This document shows positions 29,131 to 37,017 of a stretch of DNA of 47,084 nt, piece after piece. The number at the start of each line of letters is the position of its first letter. Position 1 is the first letter of the stretch. The DNA is taken from the IMG/VR virus record IMGVR_UViG_3300032373_000021, positions 1-47,084 of that record; one strand, written 5' to 3'. Under the pieces are notes generated by a model. The model was given only the letters and a program-made list of their open reading frames with translations, ran no database searches and had not been told where the DNA came from. Position numbers and translations under genes: made by a program. The stretch comes from a virus. Its lineage: Duplodnaviria > Caudoviricetes.

Positions 29131-29358
29131 TTAGGCGGCTTCCGAAAGTTTGTTGTCCGAAAAAGAGCAAGTATAATCTTGTGGAATAATTGCCTCCAAC
29201 TTCCGGAGGGTTTCAGATGTTGGGTTCCAACTTTCCTTGCCTAAATTTCGTAGCGTCGTGTCATTCATCTTTGCCAAGGATGCCAATTGAGACTTGCTAA
29301 GATTATTGTCGCGAGCGAATTGGCAAACGCGCTGGATGGACCTATCGATCAGTGCCAT
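29131..29358 (-). CDS. Cro-like XRE HTH protein
   Basis: LSKSQLASLAKMNDTTLRN...WNPTSETLRKLE; GAGG RBS; divergent from the repressor. Confidence 0.85.
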   Translation of the reverse strand: MALIDRSIQRVCQFARDNNLSKSQLASLAKMNDTTLRNLGKESWNPTSETLRKLEAIIPQDYTCSFSDNKLSEAA

Positions 29359-29384
29359 AGCTGGTTCCTCTATCATTTGGGCGC

Positions 29385-29413
29385 AGTGTAATCGCATTAT
29401 GATGCGTTTGCAA
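29385..29413 (-). promoter_or_regulatory. pR-like early promoter driving cro
   Basis: TTGCAA-17 bp-TACACT on the minus strand, with an operator in the spacer. Confidence 0.75.
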
Positions 29414-29450
29414 TATTTTTCGCATTACTATGCGTTCGCATTATTGTGCG
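29393..29450. promoter_or_regulatory. OR-like operator cluster: three CGCAT-N4-ATGCG sites
   Basis: 29393-29406 and 29421-29434 are perfect; 29437-29450 has one mismatch. Confidence 0.85.
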
Positions 29451-29502
29451 GTTGATGTTACGCAACGGTATTCGCTTTGGAGATGATTTTAGGGTCTGGC
29501 CT

Positions 29503-30054
29503 ATGACTGGTTCTTCTGAACAGCTTAGAAATAAACTATTAGACATCATGGCCAAGCATGACATGAAGCAGTCTGTATGGGCTAGAAACTCGGGAATAGC
29601 CGAAGGGACGCTAAGAAATTTTCTAAAAGGGCTTAGCCAAACACTTACTTATGACGTTCTGATAAAGTTGGCAAAAGGCGCAAATTTGAGTATTAATGAT
29701 CTCCTTGGAGATACCAAAGCCCCGCATTCAGAACCCAGCCCTTCAGTACGCTTGAATGAAGGTATAACAGCCCAAATTATTCTACCGCGAGAATATCGAG
29801 AAAGCGGAAAGCCACTAATAGATGCTTTAATCACCGCCAAAATCGGAAATAGCCACGAACGCTTATTCAGAATTAGCCGGGTTGGAGAATTGTTGGTGCT
29901 TTACCCAACCGATTATAAGGGCAACACCGAAGCAGCTATTCCTTACCTTCCAGATGCCGAATGGGACACTGGCACGCTAGAAATGGAAGGGAAAAAACAC
30001 ACCTGCCGCATAACGGGTGTCGTTCGCTCTTTAACAATCCCACACAGCTTGTAG
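29503..30054 (+). CDS. CI-like phage repressor (XRE HTH; C-domain without an obvious S24 catalytic motif)
   Basis: MKQSVWARNSGIAEGTLRNFLKG...TLTYDVLIKLA HTH; divergent from cro; exact start uncertain (29446 or 29503). Confidence 0.8.
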   Translation: MTGSSEQLRNKLLDIMAKHDMKQSVWARNSGIAEGTLRNFLKGLSQTLTYDVLIKLAKGANLSINDLLGDTKAPHSEPSPSVRLNEGITAQIILPREYRESGKPLIDALITAKIGNSHERLFRISRVGELLVLYPTDYKGNTEAAIPYLPDAEWDTGTLEMEGKKHTCRITGVVRSLTIPHSL

Positions 30055-30299
30055 GAATTGGTGCCATTACTTCCTGTGAACTTGTCAGCAGATCGTTACC
30101 ATTTCCGACACGCCGAGCCAAATCGCTCGACATATTTGCGTTTTCCATATCAACCCCAATCGAATGAACATTTGTTTCATCAAATTAGGTCAACCAGCCT
30201 GAACACTGTCCAGCTAAATAGTGGTTTTGTTTCTTTTCAGATACATTTATCAAAAAGAATGTATCCTTTGAAGATACATTCTAAGTTGTATCCCCCGAA

Positions 30300-30521
30300 T
30301 CAGTGCAAGCCTTTTTGATAATCTTTATCTTCATTTTCAAAATCATCTTTGATGAGAAGCATCCCTTGGCATAAGCGCAAATGGTCCACCATTTTGTCGT
30401 AACCCAGGCCCTCAAAAAACTGCACGCATTCTTCGATCATATCGAAACCAATTTTTTCGTCCTTATCCAGATGTTCAGGGCTTTCATATGCAGGCTTATT
30501 TTCGAAAGGATTGCCCATCAT
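30300..30521 (-). CDS. Small acidic protein translationally coupled to luxI
   Basis: ATGA overlap with the luxI stop; 73 aa. Confidence 0.7.
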   Translation of the reverse strand: MMGNPFENKPAYESPEHLDKDEKIGFDMIEECVQFFEGLGYDKMVDHLRLCQGMLLIKDDFENEDKDYQKGLH

Positions 30522-31165
30522 TCTGCCGCCATTAACTTGAGACTTTGATTTTCATATATATCAAAACTTCTGTTTACTGGTCGGCGCATATTCAATCGCT
30601 CGGTAATTTGGCGCAACTGCTGCTGGAATGACGGACGGTAATGGCAGACTTGCGCATCATCTTTGCCAAACTTTTCAACGGGACGCCAAACATGCGGCAT
30701 TCCAAAAAACTCATTAGAATTATGGGTAATGCGCGGCTCTTGCACCATGACAATTTCGTCAACGCCGTAAAGGATGCAGAATTCACAGAGTGTACAAAAC
30801 ATATCAGCGCTGATCAGTTCAAAATGATCCCGACTTTGCACTAGCTTTTTATCGATGGAAAAGCGCGATAGCTCCCAAACGTTTTCGGCGTGAGGGATAT
30901 AGCCTTTCGCCAGATCTGGAAATGTATCAGCCAACATATAAGGCCCGGTCGTTCGCAGCAGCCTAGATGTACCTATCACAGAGCCTTGCTGCTCATAGAG
31001 AATATAAACGGTATCATCCGTATCATACTCGTCATATTCAAGGCCGTCGCGGCTGTTAACATCCCAACCGAGTTCATCATGAAAAATTTCATGCCTAACC
31101 CTGTACATTGTCTTTCGAATTTCAGGGAAATTATTAAGTTCCGCCCCAGTCGCTAAAAATGCCAT
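30518..31165 (-). CDS. luxI: Acyl-homoserine-lactone synthase (LuxI family)
   Basis: Signature residues present: R-x3-F-x5-W (RHEIFHDELGW), LEYDEYD, SRLL, PYML, WELSRF; GAGGGGG RBS. Confidence 0.93.
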   Translation of the reverse strand: MAFLATGAELNNFPEIRKTMYRVRHEIFHDELGWDVNSRDGLEYDEYDTDDTVYILYEQQGSVIGTSRLLRTTGPYMLADTFPDLAKGYIPHAENVWELSRFSIDKKLVQSRDHFELISADMFCTLCEFCILYGVDEIVMVQEPRITHNSNEFFGMPHVWRPVEKFGKDDAQVCHYRPSFQQQLRQITERLNMRRPVNRSFDIYENQSLKLMAAE

Positions 31166-31220
31166 GCCTGCCCCCTCATAAATGAAAGGGCCAACGTGCT
31201 ATACTAAAACAGTCTGGGGA

Positions 31221-31238
31221 AACCCCCAAAAGGGGGAA
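31221..31238. promoter_or_regulatory. Candidate lux-box upstream of luxI
   Basis: CCCCC-AAAA-GGGGG palindrome (31223-31236) upstream of a TAGTAT/TATAGC -10-like element, with no clear -35. Confidence 0.5.
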
Positions 31239-31247
31239 TGTTTGTAG

Positions 31248-31979
31248 TCAATAAAATATGTGCCCGTCCCGCACAGCAATCATACAAGCTTCTGTGGCGT
31301 TTTGCGCGCCAAGCTTTATCCGCACGCTCTCGAGCCGTGATTTAATGCATTCAGGGGAAACGTTCAGCAAAGCGGCGGTGCCCTTGATGCGCTTACCGTG
31401 TGCAATCCCAATCAAAGTTTCACACTCGGCGTTTGTAAGTCGAACAGTATCCAGTGCGCCCGCTGCTATTTGCTCGGAAAAACGCTGACATTCCACCGCA
31501 ATGTGAATTAAAGCCGCCGAGAATTTATACGACACTTCGTTCGCTAGGTTTTCATTTGAGGTTAGAAAAGAAAGGCACCCAAATTTACCAAAAGCCCCTT
31601 TTACGGGAAGAAGCATTCCATCCCTGACATCGAAGTCGGCAGCAAGCGACATAACCGCGTGCCCTGCCCCGGTTAACTTTCTACGATTAATTACGGTATT
31701 CCATGCCAGAGCCTTTTCGCCAGTTAGCGCGGCCTCGGCAAAAATTGGATCACAGAAAAACAGCTCACGCCTATTATATTCCTCCGCCCATTCTGGCGGC
31801 CGTGTATCAATCACCAGATAATCTTTTTCAACCCCGTACCACCAGATCATTCGATCAAATCCCAGATATGACTTAAGGGACTCTAATAAACTTTGGAATT
31901 TTGCAACGCTTTTGCAGTTCGCAGATTCGACAACAAAATTTGTCATTAAGTCGATAGCTTCTGTATTCCACGTTTTCAT
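31248..31979 (-). CDS. luxR: LuxR-family AHL receptor / transcriptional regulator
   Basis: Autoinducer-binding residues W-x3-Y-x8-DP (EWAEEYNRRELFFCDP), W (LAWN) and G (RDG); C-terminal LuxR HTH LTNAECETL...G...KLG. Confidence 0.92.
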   Translation of the reverse strand: MKTWNTEAIDLMTNFVVESANCKSVAKFQSLLESLKSYLGFDRMIWWYGVEKDYLVIDTRPPEWAEEYNRRELFFCDPIFAEAALTGEKALAWNTVINRRKLTGAGHAVMSLAADFDVRDGMLLPVKGAFGKFGCLSFLTSNENLANEVSYKFSAALIHIAVECQRFSEQIAAGALDTVRLTNAECETLIGIAHGKRIKGTAALLNVSPECIKSRLESVRIKLGAQNATEACMIAVRDGHIFY

Positions 31980-32008
31980 AGGATCGTTTCGCTTCTGTTC
32001 CTATTAGT

Positions 32009-32027
32009 TGTAAATGAGAGCTTTACA
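32009..32027. promoter_or_regulatory. Inverted repeat in the luxR/xre divergent promoter region
   Basis: TGTAAA-N7-TTTACA. Confidence 0.4.
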
Positions 32028-32082
32028 CACTTATTAATAAACCACTAGTGTTTAAAACTATAGCACCTGGGGGTGGAGACAG

Positions 32083-32442
32083 TTGTTGAACGAGTTAGAG
32101 TTGAACTGCCAAGTCGGCGAACGCATAGCGTTTGTGCGTAAGCGGCTGGATATATCACGCGAAGAATTGGCGGAAAGAATTGGATGCGGCTATCAACAAG
32201 CCGGTAAGATTGAGCGCGGACAAAGTAGCTTAACAATATTCCAATTTTTAGGCGTCTGTGATGCGCTCGCTATACCGCCAAACGCATTGCTTCATGAGTT
32301 ATGCCAAGCGAAATCTCAAGACTTCCAGAACACAATCATATCATTACTAATGAGCGAGTTATCACCCGTAGAAGAACTTCATATAAAGAAAGTTGCTAGG
32401 GTCTTGTCAGACATTGCCTCTGGTAAAGCTGAACAAATCTAA
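32083..32442 (+). CDS. XRE-family HTH regulator divergent from luxR
   Basis: VGERIAFVRKRLDISREELAERIG...KIERG; GGAG RBS with TTG start. Confidence 0.88.
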   Translation: MLNELELNCQVGERIAFVRKRLDISREELAERIGCGYQQAGKIERGQSSLTIFQFLGVCDALAIPPNALLHELCQAKSQDFQNTIISLLMSELSPVEELHIKKVARVLSDIASGKAEQI

Positions 32443-32445
32443 TAG

Positions 32446-33237
32446 CTACTCCGCACTCAAAATCGTTGCTCTGCACCCTTCATTGCTCACCACGGCCACC
32501 GCGGCGCCAACCGTATAGCCACCAAAGCCATTTTTAGCACGGTACTTCATGGTTAAGCTGTGCGTGCCTTCAGGTGAAACGGGCGTAATTCTGGTCTCAA
32601 TGTGTTCAAAACTGCCCGGGTCTTTCAGCCTGTCCTTGATATAATTTTCAACGCCTCGGTGCGAACCATCCCACGCACTCAAACAATGAAAACCCTTGCG
32701 CTTTTTATTGGCGGCTTCTCTGCCCTCTTCCTCGGCTTTCAAGCGCTTCAATTCTACAACCGCCGCATCTCTCTTCGTTTCATAGTAGGATACTTTTTTT
32801 GTAAATCTCTCATCGCCGGGGGAGAGTTCAACAAGCTTTTTATATGCCAAAATATTCCCGACAAAATCGCTGGCCGGGATTTTTGCCGCTTCAGCCATTA
32901 AAACCTCAACTTCAGCCAGCCGTTCTTGCTCACGCTCACGTGTAATTTCCTCAAGCCGCGAAGGATCAAAAGCCTCCAGATATTCGAGGTACAAACTATT
33001 GCCGATGCCAGGGCCAAAAAACACAACGACCAAAATCCCGGCAACCCACAGCCACCGCCTTCGGGCTGCTTTTTTGTGTAGTTTCACATCTAAAGCAAGC
33101 TGATCTCTTTTATTTTGTCTGGTCCGGGCAATTTCTTCGGCCCAGCCCTCTGCAAACGGCTCGCCGCACTTGGGGCAAACCGTTGCCCGAGCCGATGTTT
33201 CATTTGCGCACGTCGGACAGCGCTCCAAATTAGCCAT
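32446..33237 (-). CDS. Zinc-ribbon membrane protein (immunity-region accessory gene)
   Basis: CPTC...CPKCG, a TM helix, and a C-terminal LKDPGSF...YRAKNGFGG domain; GAGGGG RBS before ATG 33237. Confidence 0.8.
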   Translation of the reverse strand: MANLERCPTCANETSARATVCPKCGEPFAEGWAEEIARTRQNKRDQLALDVKLHKKAARRRWLWVAGILVVVFFGPGIGNSLYLEYLEAFDPSRLEEITREREQERLAEVEVLMAEAAKIPASDFVGNILAYKKLVELSPGDERFTKKVSYYETKRDAAVVELKRLKAEEEGREAANKKRKGFHCLSAWDGSHRGVENYIKDRLKDPGSFEHIETRITPVSPEGTHSLTMKYRAKNGFGGYTVGAAVAVVSNEGCRATILSAE

Positions 33238-33316
33238 AAGTTCCCCCTCACGTTGCCTAGCAAATAGGCCCGGAAACGCGTGGAAAGTCAATCTGTGGCC
33301 TAATTTGGTAAATATT

Positions 33317-33368
33317 CGCATTATTATGCGTTTTTATTATTGACTAATTCGCATTTAGATGCGATATT
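33317..33368 (+). promoter_or_regulatory. pL/OL-like promoter with two CGCAT-N4-ATGCG operators
   Basis: Operators at 33317-33330 and 33350-33363; TTGACT(33340)-17 bp-GATATT(33363). Confidence 0.85.
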
Positions 33369-33482
33369 ACACTCATAGCAACGGCCAAGCGGGCTTTTTA
33401 CCAACTACAGGTTCAAACGCTCAACGGTTCGTCAGCTACCGCAAAAGCCCGATACAGCCAACAGGCACACAGAGCAGCGGTT

Positions 33483-33809
33483 TTGAAACGAAATGGGGTA
33501 CGGCACATGAACGCAGCATTACAGAACGCAATAGTTAAAGCGGAACTTGCAAGGAATACAGCCCGCCGCCGCCACGCGGATCGCCTTTCTCACACCATTA
33601 CTGATCTGGACTTGAAGGGCTGGTTTATGGCGACACACCCTAACGGCAATATTCCAACTGATCCTTGCGAACGCATAGAATTGCTTTTGCCCATTCGCGA
33701 CTATTTCGCTTCGTCTCACAACAACCTTGTTTTTCAAAAAGTGGAGGCCGCGATTTGCCGCGAGTTGAAGCGCGAAGAAGAACTTAACAGCGCTCGGGAG
33801 GCGGCGTAA
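33483..33809 (+). CDS. Hypothetical early protein
   Basis: First ORF after pL; ends REAA, which contains the next RBS. Confidence 0.65.
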   Translation: MKRNGVRHMNAALQNAIVKAELARNTARRRHADRLSHTITDLDLKGWFMATHPNGNIPTDPCERIELLLPIRDYFASSHNNLVFQKVEAAICRELKREEELNSAREAA

Positions 33810-33811
33810 TC

Positions 33812-34132
33812 ATGGGCACTGTAACCAACATAAACCAATTCAAAGTTTCCTCCCCAGCCCGGAGTGACAAAGGGAAAACGGCCCCCACCCAATTCCCTCC
33901 TGTAACGTCACTCCGGGCTGGGGAGGACCGCAACTTAGCCGAAGTCAGAATGGCGACATGTGTGCGTGAAGCCGATGCTCTTTTGAGTGAGGCAAAGCGC
34001 CAATCTGCCATCCTTCGTACTCTGGACGCGCCGCAAGCAGACGCCGCAATGGGCATGCTCATAATGGCCCGCAAAAGCGCCCGAACAGCGGTTGAACTTA
34101 TTAACGGCCCACCCCCAAAAGAAAGCGCTTAA
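33812..34132 (+). CDS. Hypothetical early protein
   Basis: GGAGG RBS; operon continuity. Confidence 0.6.
   Translation: MGTVTNINQFKVSSPARSDKGKTAPTQFPPVTSLRAGEDRNLAEVRMATCVREADALLSEAKRQSAILRTLDAPQADAAMGMLIMARKSARTAVELINGPPPKESA
33848..33927. repeat. 21-bp perfect inverted repeat (long hairpin)
   Basis: TCCTCCCCAGCCCGGAGTGAC (33848-33868) and its reverse complement (33907-33927). Confidence 0.92.
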
Positions 34133-34134
34133 TC

Positions 34135-34374
34135 ATGGACGATCAGCAGACAGTCAACGGGCGAGTTATGCCTTGTTCAGAGGAACGCCGCGCCAGCCAG
34201 TTCACCGATATGCAACAGATGGCAAAGATCACGGCCCGCTCGGCGTACAGCTACTTGGTCCAGCAGGAGCTATTCATGGACAACAACATAGACCCGCAGA
34301 TTAAGGGCGTGTTGAAGTCCATGCAGGCGAATGCGGAAGACTTGTACGCTCTAATCTCAAAGCGTGCCGCATGA
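34135..34374 (+). CDS. Hypothetical protein
   Basis: Operon continuity. Confidence 0.55.
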   Translation: MDDQQTVNGRVMPCSEERRASQFTDMQQMAKITARSAYSYLVQQELFMDNNIDPQIKGVLKSMQANAEDLYALISKRAA

Positions 34375-34471
34375 AGCGCGACCTTTACATAGACCGCAAC
34401 CGTATGCGCACCCGCATAAGCCCCTACCAGTTTAAGAAGGCCGCGTTTGTTAGTTTTGCCTTTGTGGCCGG

Positions 34472-34852
34472 GTGCTTGGTTTTAGCAGCGGGGGTGCTGT
34501 GATGATTGATCTTGGAACGCATGAAATTAAATCGAAATACGTTAACGGGCCAATGTACCTCACGATGGGTGAGTACGGTGATGGCAGCCCTGCCCTTATC
34601 ATAAACACGCCCTCGGGCGAAGAAGTTGCTATCGCGACTGTTCGCCTAGATGTGCCGCCGCGTGCAGGGTATCTATGGCTCAAAGGCTGGTCCGAAAACG
34701 AGGGCATACCGGCTGCATTAGAAGACTGCGGGCTTGTGAAGCTTACCGGGAAAACGCGTCCAACGGGGTTCGTTTTAGCACTCGAAGCCGAGTTCGTGCC
34801 TGCAACCATTCTTAAAGACGCCCTGGATGGAGGCACCAATGTCGCAGATTGA
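34472..34852 (+). CDS. Conserved phage hypothetical protein
   Basis: YGDGSPAL...LKGWSENEG...TGF pattern; true start probably near 34500. Confidence 0.65.
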   Translation: MLGFSSGGAVMIDLGTHEIKSKYVNGPMYLTMGEYGDGSPALIINTPSGEEVAIATVRLDVPPRAGYLWLKGWSENEGIPAALEDCGLVKLTGKTRPTGFVLALEAEFVPATILKDALDGGTNVAD

Positions 34853-35321
34853 CACACTCAGGTCGCTCGTTTTGGTCGTAGGACATAGGCAAGAAATTAC
34901 TGATGAGGAAGTTTTGTCTGATGCGATTGATTTCATAACCCGGACAAAGGACTTTCTGTCGATGGAGGGGTATCGGCGATGTGATATTCCTGCGTGCAAT
35001 TGTCCGTACTGGCACGGAGGGCACGCATCTACACGACTTAGAGAAGTGAGCGACCTCATTCACGAAGAATGGATGTGGAAAGGGACGATCATTTCATCCC
35101 TTGAAGATATGGCAAAGGCTGCCAATAAACGTCCGACTGAAATGTACGAGGATGGAACCGCATTCTTGAATAGTATCGAGTGGGACGAAAATGGGCCTAC
35201 ATTTCATTCAGACCCTGGCTGCATTCAGTGCACAAGCGGCGCGACCCCAAATATTTATAACACGGGGCCATGTCCATATCACAGATTTGACGCCGCCCTC
35301 AAGAAAGCGAGGGGCGGGTGA
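34827..35321 (+). CDS. Cys-rich hypothetical protein
   Basis: GYRRCDIPACNCPYWHGG motif and CIQC...CPYH. Confidence 0.65.
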   Translation: MEAPMSQIDTLRSLVLVVGHRQEITDEEVLSDAIDFITRTKDFLSMEGYRRCDIPACNCPYWHGGHASTRLREVSDLIHEEWMWKGTIISSLEDMAKAANKRPTEMYEDGTAFLNSIEWDENGPTFHSDPGCIQCTSGATPNIYNTGPCPYHRFDAALKKARGG

Positions 35322-36715
35322 TGTCAAATCAGTTAATGGCCAGCCTCGATATTTACGACGTCGTCGAACAGTACGAGGCGAAAAAAGAAACCATTCCCAC
35401 GCTGTTCGAGGAAATAAAAGGGCAGTGCAACAAACTGTCTTCCATGTGTTCCACCATGGGCGCTTATGGCGGCAGCCCTTTCAGGCATGAATTTAGGCAC
35501 AATTACGTGGAAGACATGCTGGCAACGCTAAAAAAGTCTTCTTGGCGCTTCGTTTACCAGAAATTGAACATTAAACATATCGCGCCGCAAACGCACCTCA
35601 AGCACTTTGAGGGCTTGTTAGAAAAACCGCCGGAATTCGATGTTGAAAACATTCGTGGTGTCTTCAAGGAGTATGTGACCGACCCACGCTCGATGTCACT
35701 TCAGGCATTTGCAGAAATTTTCTGTCGGTTGGATAAATTCTACAAAAGCCACGACAACATGAAAGTCGGCGTCAAAGGTTTGCCGAAGCGTATCATTATA
35801 GCCAACTGCGGCGGCTTCTACCATCACGGCGCATCACAGCTGGCAGATGTGATCAATTGCCTCATGCGGTATCGCGGCCAGTACGATCTTTGCGTTACTG
35901 AGTACATGGCCAAGGACATATTCGAGGGGAAAAGTGCCCTTGAAGTATTTAGGAGCAGCACACCAGTAAAGAAACACGAAAAGCTTAACGCACTTTCGCT
36001 CGAAACTGAGCCGCACACATATCAGGGTCTAAAGTTCAAAGCCTATATGAACGGCAATTGTCATGTCATTTTTGACAAGCGCGCCCTTGGCGACATCAAC
36101 CGCGCCCTCGCTGAATACTATGGTGAAATCCTACCCGATGCTTATGAACACACAGACAAGAAAGCTGAAAGCACAGCGGTTTCCAAAGACCTACAGTTTT
36201 ATGGCACACCTCAAAAAGCTGCCAACTACATTATTGATGAAATCTCTTTCCACGATGGCGATGAATTCCTAGAGCCATCATGCGGCAAGGGTGCCTTGAT
36301 GGATGCCATCCGCCGACATATAGCGGGCAAGTATTATCATTCAAGCAACCGACCGGCTGTCTCCATTACAGGCGTTGAGGTTCATGCACAAAGAGCACAG
36401 GAAACGCGCGACAAAGGCTTTTCCGTCATTTGTGCAAACTTCCTTTCTTGGCAAACCGATAGGCGTTTTGACAAGGTGGCGATGAACCCGCCTTTCTACG
36501 GGAAACATTACGCCAAGCATGTAGCAAAAGCCTATTCGCTCTTGAAGCCAGGAGGGGCCCTGTACGCAATCCTTCCGATCACAGCGAGAGACGGCCACGG
36601 CATTATTGACGAGACTTACGATAGCGTTAGATGGCGCGACCTTCCTGTCGGTTCCTTCCATGAAAGCGGCACCAATATCAACACAGTGTTGGCTACGATT
36701 TGGAAGGGCGAGTGA
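35318..36715 (+). CDS. DNA adenine methyltransferase with DUF4942-like N-domain
   Basis: QFYGTP, FLEPSCGKG, MNPPF and SFHESGT motifs. Confidence 0.88.
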   Translation: MMSNQLMASLDIYDVVEQYEAKKETIPTLFEEIKGQCNKLSSMCSTMGAYGGSPFRHEFRHNYVEDMLATLKKSSWRFVYQKLNIKHIAPQTHLKHFEGLLEKPPEFDVENIRGVFKEYVTDPRSMSLQAFAEIFCRLDKFYKSHDNMKVGVKGLPKRIIIANCGGFYHHGASQLADVINCLMRYRGQYDLCVTEYMAKDIFEGKSALEVFRSSTPVKKHEKLNALSLETEPHTYQGLKFKAYMNGNCHVIFDKRALGDINRALAEYYGEILPDAYEHTDKKAESTAVSKDLQFYGTPQKAANYIIDEISFHDGDEFLEPSCGKGALMDAIRRHIAGKYYHSSNRPAVSITGVEVHAQRAQETRDKGFSVICANFLSWQTDRRFDKVAMNPPFYGKHYAKHVAKAYSLLKPGGALYAILPITARDGHGIIDETYDSVRWRDLPVGSFHESGTNINTVLATIWKGE

Positions 36716-37017
36716 TGATTTTAAGTTTCAGATTATCAATGCCAAATCGTGGTTCTTGGGACGGAAACTGGTCAGGCGAAGGGCACAAATATATCCGCAC
36801 TCGCTCCTTTAGAACGAAAGCCGAAGTCGCGAAGGCACAGAAGATAGTAGACAAAGGCAGCTATCACTACTCATGGCCCGATGGCTGGGGTGCAAACGTC
36901 CGCGTTGAAATCATCAATTCCAAAGAGTCCGCCAAGATCAGAAGAAAAACCGACGGCTTCAGCGGGTATGACTGGATGATTGATTCCATCATCGAACATG
37001 GAGTTATCAAAGCATGA
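36700..37017 (+). CDS. Hypothetical phage protein
   Basis: LSMPNRGSWDGNWSG...FSGYDWMI; coupled to neighbours. Confidence 0.7.
   Translation: MEGRVMILSFRLSMPNRGSWDGNWSGEGHKYIRTRSFRTKAEVAKAQKIVDKGSYHYSWPDGWGANVRVEIINSKESAKIRRKTDGFSGYDWMIDSIIEHGVIKA

Noticed and set aside
30058-30318. 86-aa plus-strand ORF after the repressor
   Set aside because: No RBS or recognisable motif in AT-rich spacer DNA; an sRNA here cannot be excluded but has no support.
30300-32442. QS cassette as a separate transposon or host DNA interrupting the phage
   Set aside because: No transposase, terminal repeats or target duplication are visible, and it lies between matching phage operators. Its AT-richness still suggests horizontal acquisition.
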